From Eledone cirrhosa (Eukaryota), in NCBI GenBank assembly GCA_964016885.1, contig OZ024758.1, forward strand, positions 1,054,001 through 1,118,000: a stretch of 64,000 bases of DNA. The letters run 5' to 3'. The position numbers were made by a program, and so were the translations under genes. Below the pieces are notes generated by a model. That model did no database searches. It was given only the letters and a program-made list of their open reading frames with translations, and had not been told where the DNA came from. Shown piece by piece: positions 1-14,320 of this stretch. Numbering within the stretch: position 1 is the stretch's first letter; every line of letters starts with the position of its first letter.

Positions 1-1191
1 AATAACCTATAAAGAAAAATATAGTAATCCTTTAATGTAGTTCAAATTTCTCTGTAATTAACCTTATATTCCATCAACCGTGGATTAACCATCAAGCCAA
101 ATATGCAAGTAGATAGGGTCCCAGATAGAGAGTACAGTATATTAGAGTTTACACAATATAGAGTATATAGGGGCGCCGTAATCTTTGCAGTGGTTAGTTC
201 ATCTGAAGTTCTTTATCTGATAATGCCATCAATCCATCTATAGTCATCGTTAAGTTAAGAATCCATAGAACACAGCAATTAATCCACTCAAGTATGTCTG
301 CTCTTTTGTCAAACTGGACTTTAGTTTTGGAAATAATTAATACAAGCATACAGTTATTGATGGGTTTATAGTTTGAAGTTTTCTAGAAAGAAGCCAAGCA
401 ACGTATGACAAGACATAGGAGTGAGAAAATCATGCGACTGGAACTTTAAACGAAATCGATTGATTTATTCTCTCAGCTATCAACTATCAGGAATGCATGG
501 AGATGATTATTTTCTTACACATATTTAACACGTATTATTTAAAAGGTTGCATAGTATAAGATTCGGTAATATTTGCACATTTATGGTGCATATTAGCGAA
601 ATATAACAAGTTAAATAATTACGAACAGAAATCTAAATAGGAAAGCGGGCACAGCATGACTCTAAAGTCCTTGTCTTAACATATATTAAATTGTTATTGA
701 TTTGCTACATAGATCTCGCATCCATATAAGAAGGAGAGAATGACGTATTAGGGATTCAAACGAAATGAAATGTTTACGATTGGTTATTCAAACCGAGAAA
801 GCAAATTTCTAGATAGGACCCTACAACCATAAGGATCGTAATCTTAATTAACATTGGTACATATCAGCTGAGGGTGGGAGGGAACTGTAAGTTTCAACTC
901 CCCTGCATTTACTAAATCTGTTAGCGAAACTCAGAGTAACGGCTTGTTAAGAACATACATCTTGCACAATATAACGAAACGTTCAGACACAAAATTTGAG
1001 ATTTTCTGATATGTATAGCAGGGCTCGCAACCTCAAGGACTCAAAAGAGCCATTATGTCCCTGGAAAGAGGCACAGTGGGCCAAAAGTGAGATGCTGTAA
1101 GGGGAGGGAGATTTCCACCTGCTATAATGTTAATCTGCAATACAGCTAAATGGCCGCTAATTATTTATTTTTCATCAAAATAAATACACAA

Positions 1192-1500
1192 ATGATAGTA
1201 AGTGTGATATTTTCATAATATCACAGTGATATATTCTTCATAGAATGATAGGAACTGGAATACTCTTTACTATATGATAGTAGGTGGTATATTCTTCATA
1301 ATAGCATAGTAAGTGGGATAAATTTTCATTATATGATAGTAGGTAGTATATTCTTCATAATATCATAGTACGTGGGATATTTTTTTCATTATATGATAGT
1401 AGGTGGGATATTTTTCATAATATGATAGTATGTGGGATATGTTTTCATTATATGATAGTAAGTGGGATATTTTGTTTATTATATGAGAATAAGTGGGATA
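1192..1500. repeat. Degenerate minisatellite, unit about 30 bp (ATGATAGTAAGTGGGATATTTTTCATAAT-like), about 10 copies
   Basis: Head-to-tail units are visible directly, with no spacers. Confidence 0.85.
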
Positions 1501-2458
1501 TCCGAATTAGTATAAAATGTTAACAGTTTTAAAATTTGAAAACATTGCCGTAGAACATTGTTCAATCTCTCTTAATCTTACTAACAAGTCAGTCAGACGT
1601 TATAGGTTTGAAAGGTTAATGGTAGAAATCATGTTCTCTACAGCTAACGATATTATTTGTGAATATTAATCTCTATGAAATGTCGCCCATCCGTTTGTGA
1701 AGTTAAAGCCAGTGTTTACATCTTAAACATCAATTATTTTTGTACGAATCAAGATTTCCAAACAAATTAATCTGAAATATGTCGAGATAATTATACAGAC
1801 AGCGATTCAACTCTAATCTTTTAATCATGTCTTATATCCAGAATCTTCGCTTAAGCAGTCTTATAAAAACTATCCAGTCTTCTTTATTTAGACACAGTCT
1901 GTCTATACTTGAAGCCGAAAGACTTAATCATCTTTAAACTTTGTTGTTGGAAATTTTTACCCGGTAGGATGAGGAAAAGTCGGGATAAATATAAAGAGAA
2001 TCGTAAATGGTTTTATTTAGAATTATTTCAGACCTGAGAGAAAATACATATCGTTTTAGAGGGAAAATAAAAAAGAAAATATGTCTATTTTTATGAATTA
2101 ACCAGGTGAGGATGGACCATCACCATTTCTTTTGCAGTGGTCAGAACTTCTTCATGTAAATGTCTATAAGAAGAGAGTAGACAGAGGAAGATCTTCAGTA
2201 ATCCCTGTTATTCTTAATATATGTAGAGTAATTAAAAGTTTGAAAATAAGTAAAGCTTCAAATTTCATTTCTCTTCAGTACTTATTAGTAGTTTAGTAAA
2301 CAAATTCAAATTTAAATACAGAGTCAAAACAAAATTGTTGACGAAATTGGGTTGAAATTAAACCTCCCTAATGAGTATATTCTTATATTGTATTGTTAGC
2401 TGTTGATTAATATAAAATTTAATCCAGTAAGTAAAGGTTTATTATAATGGCTGGTAGG

Positions 2459-2489
<31 letters not shown>

Positions 2490-3444
2490 TGTATGTATGT
2501 ATGTATGTATGTATGTATGTATGTATGTATGTATGTATGTATGCATGCATGCATGTATGTATGTATGTATGGATGGATGGATGTGTGTAAGTATGTATAT
2601 ATATTTATGTATAGGCACACGTTGAGTGGGTACGTGCGTGCGTGAGTTAATGAAATACAATCACAGCTGCCAGATTCTGTCAAGACAGGAGTCCAGACAC
2701 TTAACTCTGACGCCATATTGGCATCTTAAACAACAGAAATTAGAACATTAAGAAAGTTGGCTATCTAAAGAAAATGGTGATAATCAAATTATTACGATCG
2801 TTTTAACAGCAAGAACAAAGAATTCCTAACACACAAACAAAACACCTATCTACACATATCTACACATATACATATATACACATATATACACATATATACA
2901 CATATATACACCTATATACACACATATACACATATATACACATATATATACAAGAATCTCATTCACGTGTTATCGTAAAAAAAGAAGAAAATGGTATGTT
3001 TTGCTGATATTAACACAAAAAGACCGCCACATAAGTGTTAAACTACTGTCTATCTTAGAATACAACAAGTATTTGATTCCTTGTCTTAGTTATTTCCAAA
3101 TCACTTGAAGAATTTACTAATGTCTTTGAACAGAGAAATGACTGTTCCAAATAATTCTTTCATACTCGTCCACCAATCAAATTTTTCTCACTACTTATCG
3201 ACAAATATATGTCATGTCGAAGACAAGTAAATTTATTCCATTGAGAAGATATTTTTTTAAGGGTATTCCAGACACGACCTTCGCATCTTTCTCTAATGCT
3301 ATGTTACCCATTTAAAATGTAGATTTTAAAGTGATGCATCTATGGACATGAACACGTAACTCCCGATGGTTCTGTAAGAGTGACGTAGTGACATATATGG
3401 ATATTTAAACCTTGTGGAGCTCCTTGGTTTTTACATCTACTAAA

Positions 3445-3683
<239 letters not shown>

Positions 3684-3738
3684 ATATATATATATAAATG
3701 AAAGAATAGAAATTATTGTGAGCATGAAGCCAACAGTG

Positions 3739-3808
<70 letters not shown>

Positions 3809-4559
3809 GTGTGAGTGTGTGTGAGTGTGTATATATTTATAGTCAAACTTACTTTAGAAAAAGTCAGTACTATGCAAGTTAGACATAAAGGAAAGAAAAA
3901 GTAAGGAATAAAAGTAAACAAGCGCTCGAACATTTTCCCAGGATTTCGATAGTTTGGCTGCAAAAACACTTTTCCAAACTAATACGGTTGATGAGTGTGG
4001 CGAGATTGTCTTTTAGTATAAATGTTTCGGAACAGGTAGATGTGGATTATAACAAGCACTGGCATTGTTTATTAGCCAATCAGCTTTAGATAACTTAAAT
4101 TTATCAATTTTAAAATAGTTTAGATTATAAGGCTCTTTAAGAGTAGTTCACCACAAATGTAATATATTTCTCTTGAAAAAGATGTTCTTATACCGAAATA
4201 TTAAATATAAGTAATAAGTACAAACTTTTGTTAGTTCTAAATTTCATTTACAAAGATTCTGAAAGCTAAAAGGAACACTATAGTTTATGCCTCATACAAG
4301 CTATGAACCTCTCTGTCATCTACTTTTTTCTCTACGTCTCTCACTTCCCTCTTTTTCATCGTCTGTCTCTCTCTTTACAGATACACATATCTGTATACTC
4401 AGACATATATGTACACACACACGTATATGTATGTACACACACATATATATATATTAATGTTTCTATATGTGTATGTTTATGTCGTATTAATATATTTTTC
4501 ATGTAACTCGCAAAATCTATTTCTCCCCAATTTGCAATGTCCCAACTACGCATGTCAAA

Positions 4560-4618
<59 letters not shown>

Positions 4619-4639
4619 TTATATATATATATATAAATA

Positions 4640-4893
<254 letters not shown>

Positions 4894-4944
4894 TTATATA
4901 TATATATAAATTTATATATATATATAAATATATATATATAAATT

Positions 4945-4980
<36 letters not shown>

Positions 4981-5175
4981 CACGTATGCACACACATATC
5001 TATATATATGTGTGTTTATATATATATATATATATTATGTATGATCGCGTATACTTTTGAATATGACTGTACAGAAACGTAGAGATATAATGTAAAAAAA
5101 CTAGCGAAATTAAGTACATTATAAAACGTAGATATCTGAACATATACACTCACATATTAAGGATACATGCATACC

Positions 5176-5239
<64 letters not shown>

Positions 5240-5294
5240 CACACAAGCACATAGACAACACTCATATACACTCACACAACTCACATTTACACAA

Positions 5295-5355
<61 letters not shown>

Positions 5356-5865
5356 TATTTATATATATCTGTGAGTATGTGTGTGTATTTCCCTTCTAAA
5401 TAAATATCAGTTGATTAAAAAAACATCTTCTCTGATTTAGACCCCAACAAAATAAATATTTTCGGTAAAAATTGCAAAAGGACACGTGTATATATAAGAC
5501 TATTATGAGAAGGAAGGAGATTTGAAGAGAAAACGTGCTTTTCTGCAGGGATCTTATTGTCTGTGTATCTATTATCGATGTGTGTGTATGTAAGTCTCTC
5601 TCTCTCTTTCTCTCCCGTTGTGTGTGTGTGTATATGTTTGTGATGTTTTCTAAGGATTATGAGACAGAACAGGAAAAAAAATTGTTGTTAACGGTAAAAA
5701 ATGTAACCTGAAAGAACTGTTGTGAAAATATGTATACTGAATAGAAAAGTTTCTTTTCAAAGATTACAATGGTTATAGAAGGATAATATATAATACAATA
5801 TAACAATATAATATATTTACTCTTATCTATATTTATATCTATCTATATATATAAGTAAATGTATA

Positions 5866-5896
<31 letters not shown>

Positions 5897-5903
5897 GTGT
5901 ATT

Positions 5904-5966
<63 letters not shown>

Positions 5967-6011
5967 GTATATGTGTATATATATATATATGTATATATAT
6001 GTATATTATGT

Positions 6012-6085
<74 letters not shown>

Positions 6086-6176
6086 GTATATATATATATA
6101 TGTATGTATTTATGTATATGTATATATATATCTATATATCTATATATGTATATATATATAATATAAATTATACATA

Positions 6177-6221
<45 letters not shown>

Positions 6222-6429
6222 GTGGAACACTGGAAGAGCACTCAGTCCATGGGACGAGTTATATAGTTATATATATAATGTAGAGAGAGAGAGAGATGGG
6301 AATAAAGACAATTAGGTGATACTCAGCACTAGTTTTTGACTGGTCGCCACAAATTCCCCAAAAGTCGAAAAACATTTAAAGGGACCTTAGTTAAACCACA
6401 CCAGGTAATCTCACGAATCTTCCATTTAT

Positions 6430-6960
6430 TGGCCAACATTTCCAATAATTCATAAGAAGATATAATATGGCATATACAAAAAGGGTTAAGTAGAGTAGCT
6501 ACAACATTTTACTGGACAATTTGATATCAAGTATCACCAAATTCATGGAACATATTATCGAAGTCAAACTCTTCATATTCTGAGAATAAAATGCCTTGCT
6601 ATTTGTGAATCAGCATGAGTTTCGTCCAAGAAGCTGGCTCACACAGATTCTGGACACTACAGCTAGGTGTTGAAAGCGCAGCTATATCTGTTAAACAATA
6701 ATGTATGTATGACTTTAATTTATTGTTTACGAAATTGCGATCAGCTCAATTATTTTAACTGTCTTGACCAAACAAACCATTCGACTTTATGAAGACCTTC
6801 GATAGAATTGATCATGGAATGAGGTGTCACAAACTAGATAATAGTCGGCTTAGTTTTAAAGCTAAGAAAATTTCTGCAAATAATTTTAAGGTGCTCTCTC
6901 AAATGGAAAACCAATTCGGAGTTGTCTCAGAGAACTGGCTGGAGCAATAACAGTTCGTAA
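6430..6960 (+). pseudogene. Decayed CR1/L2-like LINE reverse transcriptase fragment
   Basis: Broken translation includes SITKFMEHII, NQHEFRPRS..TQIL and DFMKTFDRIDHG...KL, matching the QHGFR and DFSKAFD.V.H RT motifs. Stops and frameshifts are present. Confidence 0.7.
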
Positions 6961-7306
6961 TGGATCTCTTAAATATGTTCTCGGTTATACAAGCTGCCAC
7001 TCTTACTAAATTATGACCAGTTCAGTTATGTTAATTACCATGACCAAGCGAACCGTTCAATTGATGATAAACTCTACTGGACTCCGGAGCTAAGAGAAAA
7101 TACGTTGCAATAGTCATTCGTGTGTCGATGTTTCTCAAAAAACCAGTTCATCAACAAGAAAAATATTTAAAACAAGATATCAAACTTGGATCAAACATTT
7201 AGTTAATTGACTGCTTAGCACTTACATTTAGATTATTATAATCACAACAACAAAGAAACCGCATCACATATTATCATATAAAAGAAGCGATCAAAATAAC
7301 TGGAGC

Positions 7307-7378
7307 AACAGATTTCGGGATCAACAGATTTCTGGATCAACAGATTTCTGGATTAACAGATTTCTAGATCAACAGATT
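7307..7378. repeat. Short tandem repeat CAACAGATTTCTGGAT, about 4.5 copies
   Basis: Direct tandem units. Confidence 0.85.
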
Positions 7379-7486
7379 ACTTGTGTTCGATATATCAGTT
7401 CTATTGGAGCTGACTTGCTCTATACAACTACAAATACAATAAAATCAAAATGAATGTAAAATGGAAAATGTGTTTAAAGTGCTTAC

Positions 7487-8229
7487 CTTTGATAATCTTC
7501 CTTACAATAGTAGTTACCCATCCGTTCGTAGCATGAGCGTTCTGTGTCTAGCGTTGATTTACACTCGTAACACTTCAAACAGTTAAAGTGCCAAGCATTG
7601 TTAGCTACATTTAAATAGTAGCGTTCTGTGATCAGATCACCACAGCCTGCACAAACAAAGGGCTTATGTTCATCTTGTATGACGGAATTTTGATGATGTG
7701 TTGGTAACTGATGCGGATGTAAATGATGTTGATGTGTCGGATTGTGATGATGATGATGGTGATGATGATGCAATTGTCCTGTATGATGATGATGGATGTT
7801 ATTGGGGGTTGTATTGCTGCTATTGTTACCGTTTGTGATGTTGATGTTGCTATTGCCGTTGATGTTAACGTTGACATTGTTATTGCAGTTATTAGTGACG
7901 TTGGGGTTGCTGTTGGTGTTGCTGCTGTTGCTTCCATTGTTGTTGCTGTTGTTGGTATTTCCAAGAACGCGGCTGCTGCGGCTGTCGTTTCCTTGATTCA
8001 CTGCGTTGAGCATATCGGGAATGGCGATTTCACTGAGTTCCACGGCGGTAACCATTGGAGGGGCCGCGTTGCCCTGCAAATGGACAATAAAGCCACCACT
8101 GTAGTTAGAAGGACGGCAGGAATAATCTACTTCAGGACCAAATGGCCACTCTGAACTGGTCGAGGTCATCGTCGGATGTTTCATATCCATCAATGCTACC
8201 TGCTGCTCAGAATTCGACGACTTGGTAGT
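7487..8229 (-). CDS. Lhx2/9: Internal coding exon of a LIM-homeobox gene, apterous/Lhx2/9-like; N-terminal region plus complete LIM1 domain (about 7487-7653)
   Basis: The translation ends CAGCGDLITERYYLNVANNAWHFNCLKCYECKSTLDTERSCYERMGNYYCKEDYQR, which fits the LIM pattern C-x2-C..H-x2-C-x2-C-x2-C..C-x2-D. RYYL and YCKEDY.R match Lhx2/9 and apterous LIM1 as recalled. A phase-2 donor AAAG|GTAAGC sits at 7487/7486. An in-frame acceptor CCAATACAG|ACT at 8230/8229 adds TTKSSNSEQQVAL before the listed ORF. Confidence 0.88.
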
Positions 8230-8360
8230 CTGTATTGGAGATATCAGGGACGATGGATAAAATATATTACAGTAAAACCATGAAAGACAAATAAAACAAA
8301 TTCATATATATATATATACATACAATTTATAATACATATATATTATAACTATATATGATA

Positions 8361-8409
<49 letters not shown>

Positions 8410-9020
8410 TATTTACCTCTTTGTGTATTTTTTTTGCAAGAATCTTGACATGAAATCGTAGTAGAACAACATATGTGTGTGTGTGTGTGTGTGTGTGAGA
8501 GAGTGTTAGTGTGTGTGTCTGTGTGATATAGGTGTAAATGTAAGAACAACATACTAGACTGGTCCTTTATATGTCTAACAATTTCCAGTTAAACATATAA
8601 AATACCAATCTTGTAGACTTTAAACTTAGAGTACAGAGAGCTCCTCTGACGCTTTAACCACTCTGCCAGTTCGCCTCATTGTCGCAATAATAACGAATTT
8701 AAAACAAATATAAGAAAACTGTGAAACAAGAAATAAACAATAAATGGTAAGTATCTTTTTTGTTATATAATTCTAAGACGACCCACTTTTCTTCCAAATT
8801 ATCAAACATTTCTTTTAACAAACTAAGAAACGACAAAAGACAAAATCCGGTACAAGAATAAACGACACAATTTGTTGCTTCCTCAAAAATAATAATTTCA
8901 GACAATTGTAATTTGTTATTTGAACTTGTTTACAAACGATGTTTTTGTCTATGTCATTTTAACCTCATCTTTGGCAAGCTTTGTCTCACCATTCAAGTTA
9001 GTAAATGTATCATTGTCTTT

Positions 9021-9125
9021 CGAGGTTAACTTTGCCTTTCATCCTTACGGGGTCTATAAAATAAATCACCAGTAATTCACTGGGGTAATTACTGGCCTTG
9101 TGCCAAAAGGAGAAACGTTATTATC
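9021..9125 (+). mobile_element. tRNA-SINE family A, 5'-truncated
   Basis: Core GAGGTTAACTTTGCCTTTCATCCTTACGGGGTC.ATAAAATAAA..ACCAGT and tail GGCCTTGTGCCAAAA, as in the other copies. Confidence 0.8.
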
Positions 9126-9205
9126 ATTATTATTAGCAGTAGCAGCAGCAGTTGTAGTAGCAGTAGCAGAAGCAGTAGTAGCAGTAGTAGTATTAGTAGC
9201 AGCAC

Positions 9206-9264
<59 letters not shown>

Positions 9265-9613
9265 TACAGTGGTTTTGTATTTGCAGTGTTCCTAAACTTT
9301 AATCGTTTTGGGGAGAAAAAAAAGGTAAAAAGATTGGGAAAGAGGGAACTGTTGGTTGTGTATTGGGGGACTATAGGAGGAGAGGAAGGAGCTATAGGGG
9401 GAAAGGAAGGAACTATAGGAAAATAAGGGCGAGTTTGATTGAATCTCGGAAGTAGCAAGGATCAAATGGATCAAATGGTCTTATATGGCTCAAGGGTTAT
9501 TTGCTTATCACCACGACATGTTTCACTCGCACATCCTATCAACACATGCAAGCACATAAACACACATAGATATACATACTTACCTAAATAGATACATACA
9601 TACATGCGTACGT

Positions 9614-9644
<31 letters not shown>

Positions 9645-9721
9645 GGTGTATATATATGAATTGTATGGTTGTGTGTGTATTTTTGTATACATGAATGCAT
9701 GCTTGTGCATATAAAAGTGTG

Positions 9722-9760
<39 letters not shown>

Positions 9761-11307
9761 ATATGTGTCTGTGTGTGTTAGTGTATGTGTTTATATTTAT
9801 GTGCATTGCTTGTATGCGGTTATGCAAGAATGCGGAACATTGAATGCAACAGAATAAAAATGGATAACGGAAAAAAAGGAATATCTGAAGAAAAAGAAAG
9901 CCAGACCAATAAACAACGTTTAGAATAGTAAATAGTAAATAGAAATATCAATAAATTTAGTTTTGGGAGAAATGAGTGGAAAATAAAGAGAAAACGAATA
10001 AAAAGAAGAATTGATAAAAAATAAATTAAAGGGAAAGGAGAAAATAATAGAGACTGGATCGATGAGAATGGTAAGAGAGAGAGAGAGAGAAAAAAAACTA
10101 TGAGATATACAATATGGATGAGAAAGGAACGGATATGAATAAATTTGTAAGATTTAGATCTTGTAATTGTAGTTGTTGTTGTTGTTGTTGTTATTGTTCA
10201 GCACCAGGCCAGTCCCGATCGACCGTTTAAAGATTGTTCACAATGATCCACTTATTAGAATTTCAAGCTATGTGGATTTAAGACCATGTTACCCAATATG
10301 TAGGGTATGCTTTGAAGAAAAATTGTTTAATATTTTCATCGGGCGAGTGACCAGGCTGATGCAACATGTGTGTATATGTGTAGAGCTATATATATTCCAG
10401 CCATTAGAAAATGTTACCTGAAGTTCAACAGAATCCCCAAGGTTCAAGCCCTTAATTTGCAGCCCTTTAAATAAACAAATGATGCCACATAAGCATTAGA
10501 TAACGAGCCTCATCTCATCCCTATAAGGTGACAATGCTCTGAAACTCGACTGAAGAAAGGCCTCTCTAGACCAAACATTACCTTCAAATTGGTCACCCTG
10601 AACTGCAGGTCGCTACGATCTAGATCTCCCGGACAATCTGAACTCGAAAAAATGATGATGTTTCACCTTCGATGGAAGGATGACTCAAGACAAAATAGAA
10701 AAGAAAGGATAACATTTTACTAAAAGAAAGGTCACTGATAGCAGTGACAAAGATTGGAATGAAATTTTAGAGATGGTAGCAGGAGCTGGTCAAGGAGTAA
10801 GAGTAGGTAAAAGTAGTGTAACTGAGAAAAGACAGGTGTAAGTTTGTAACAGAAACAGATAGAAGGATCTTTGATGGTGGGGATGGATGTAATAGAGATA
10901 TTAGATGTGGTGATGGGAAGAGATAGACGAGATAAAAGGAATATAGAAATTGAGGAAAAGGGAATGAGAGAGAAATGAAATAATTTTTCCATTTCCATAC
11001 ATTTGAAGTTAGATTATTGCTAATGTATAGCCCCAGGCCACCTAGATGAAACAGATATATGATGTATGATCATAGGTGTACCAGGCATCGCCCTTTATAT
11101 ATGCTGGGACAAATATCTAGGACTAGATTAGAAGATATGCGGAACATTTTAGATATGTTTTAACTAAGACTATAGACATTATAGTTTTAATGCGTCCTGT
11201 CTTTTACGAGAAAAATACAAATGAGATTTAGCTGGAAATATTTTGTAGAAGATTACACAACCAGAGATAAGCTCTCTGTCTCTCTCTCTCTCCCCTCTCT
11301 CTCTCTC

Positions 11308-11371
<64 letters not shown>

Positions 11372-11375
11372 TCTC

Positions 11376-11473
<98 letters not shown>

Positions 11474-12001
11474 AAGAGTGAAGAATAACATGGTCGGCTG
11501 TACAAAAAGGGTATATTTACAGTATTAACAATTGTTTCATTGATCAGGTGAGTCTAAAGGCCCAATATCATTATGCTAACACAAAAAATACAAAAAAAAA
11601 AAAAACGTTGGTGAAGGAACCAGACTCCTGCAAATTCTAAACCAAGCCAGTAATAAAGATCTCTATCATATGATCAACGATTACAACACTTCCCAGCTTC
11701 GTTCTCACACTTTCTACCATTGACCACAATTCGGTTCCGGAAGAGAAATCCGGGTATAGTCTAAAAACCCCAGTATTCCTTACAAAGAAATGGTATGTCT
11801 CAAATAAAGAAACACATTATATATATAGGTGTGTGTGTGTATGTAAATCAGAAGGAATGGAGGTGTATTAAGTATGTGTATATGTAAGGTTTTGAGGTGT
11901 AAATCTGAGATTTTATATCTTTCATACGTTTCCTTATTTCATAATCGTTCTTCAATTTTTAACCATATTTCCCGCGTCACACTCTCACTCACATACTTAC
12001 A

Positions 12002-12090
<89 letters not shown>

Positions 12091-12524
12091 TCATACATAC
12101 ATTCATAAAAGTAAATACACAATCGTAAATGCATAAATACATGCAAACTTACGTTGATACATGCGTACATACATATATAAATTCAGATATATATATATAC
12201 ATACACGAATAGATATATACTTACATATATGCATACATATATACATAAATACATAAATTCATACATACATGCATAACAGTTCTGTATATATATATATATA
12301 TACATAAATTCATACATATATACATAAATACATACATGCATACATACATACATGCCTACATAAATTCACACATACATACACACATATACGATGCGGCTCT
12401 CTATATAACCTGGTTCACCTAAAAGAGTTAAACGGAGGAAGAAGTAATCTACTGAATGTTAGTAAGAGAAGAGCACACGGACATGACAGGAGAGCTCATA
12501 ACAAGAAAATCTCGTGTAACCGAC

Positions 12525-12593
12525 CTCCATTCGTGACTCCATGCTTCCATGATATTCTTTCAAACGGATATGTTTTACATTCTTTGTTTTCAT
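12525..12593 (-). CDS. Candidate first coding exon of the LIM-homeobox gene (MKTKNVKHIRLKEYHGSMESRME)
   Basis: Unique-sequence island between microsatellites. ATG at 12593, 23 codons, then a phase-0 donor GAG|GTCGGT compatible with the phase-0 acceptor at 8229. EYHGSMESRME loosely recalls Lhx2 EVHGVIDEMDR. There is no transcript evidence. Confidence 0.3.
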
Positions 12594-12641
12594 TTTACCT
12601 TCATTTTGATATCCGTTTACTTTACACACACACACACACAG

Positions 12642-12756
<115 letters not shown>

Positions 12757-13768
12757 TATGTGTGTGTGTATATATATGTGTGTGTGTTTGTGTGTACGTG
12801 TGTGTGTATATAGTTTTTTATTGCTCTCTTTTGTTTTTTGCTATTGTTTCATTATTTTCTGTTCGTCTTAGGAACTCTTAAGCAAAGATTTGCTCATTCA
12901 CATGCACACACAACACATAGACACATACAACACAACACATGGACACATACAACACAACACATAGACACATACACAACTCAACACTCACACACACACACAC
13001 ACACACATACACACACACACTCACCCCCTACATACAATTATACACATCAACATCGAAAAGAAAAATACTTAAAATAAAGACATCTACGTAAAGATATCGG
13101 CGGACACACGAATGCACATGCGCATGTACACATATATACACACTTATAAACAAACATGAAATTGAAACACACACAAAGACACTGCTACACATTCATGTTG
13201 GCACACGCACGCCATCCCACAGAGTTCGGTGCCAAAGGGCAGAGAACTCTAGATTCCAAACAGCTGATACGTTACAAACGGAACAAAGAAAGAACAGATA
13301 GATAGATAGACAGTTAGATAGACAGCTAGATAGATAGCATAGATAGAAAATATTTGAGGGAGCGAGAGAGAGAGAGCGGGAGATCTAGAGAGGGAGAGAG
13401 ACAGAGATAGAGTGAAAGGACAATATATTTAGGATTAAAAGAAAGAGGTGGTGATAGGTGAGAAAGGCTTCTATTAAAGACACGCATGCAAATTTTAAAA
13501 TACAATTTATAAAACATTAGACAACGATTATGTTATACATGGCTGAGGAGCTGGACACAGTTAGATAGATCAAACTTAGAAGTTAACTGGTATTAAGACA
13601 TGAATCAACCCCCTGGGGGATTATATTGCACAGTCTTAACAACAGTGAGAATGACAGAAATGGGAGATGGACGATGGAATTGTGGAAATAAAGAAAATTA
13701 ATTATGTATCTATGTATCATAAATATAATTACGAAATATTGATATTGATATTCATATATACATACATG

Positions 13769-13821
<53 letters not shown>

Positions 13822-13878
13822 ATATATATATATATATAACCAACATTATGATCTTAAGTACAAAACTTTAACGATGTG

Positions 13879-13924
<46 letters not shown>

Positions 13925-14139
13925 TATTAAAATAACAGATTAAAGTGTAAGCAAAGAATCGCTGCTTTCCCCCTTAACGGGATCTTCAGAAGATCCCGTT
14001 AAGGGTGAAAGCAGCGATTCTTTGCTTAAACTTTAATCTGTTATTTTAATAAATATTTGCTCTACGATTCTTATATATTTGATATATATTTATCCTTACC
14101 GAGCCCTCTTTGGATTTTAGTCTTCAAATTTATTATTAT

Positions 14140-14142
<3 letters not shown>
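13925..14142 (+). mobile_element. Hairpin+tail element family F2 with hammerhead-like layout
   Basis: Near-perfect inverted arms of about 63 bp centred at 13988, plus a tail of about 90 bp. Motif CAGAAGA-T-CCC-GTTAA-GGG-T-GAAA. Relatives at 48103 and 59751. Confidence 0.8.
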
Positions 14143-14229
<87 letters not shown>

Positions 14230-14237
14230 ATTTAGTG

Positions 14238-14320
<83 letters not shown>

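Noticed and set aside
7632-8154. Overlapping alternative-frame and antisense ORFs
   Set aside because: They are shadows of the trinucleotide-rich LIM exon.
13925-14051. Hairpins as pre-miRNAs or classical MITEs
   Set aside because: They are multi-copy with variable centres and a one-sided tail, which fits retroelement inversion better than fixed TIRs or miRNA precursors.
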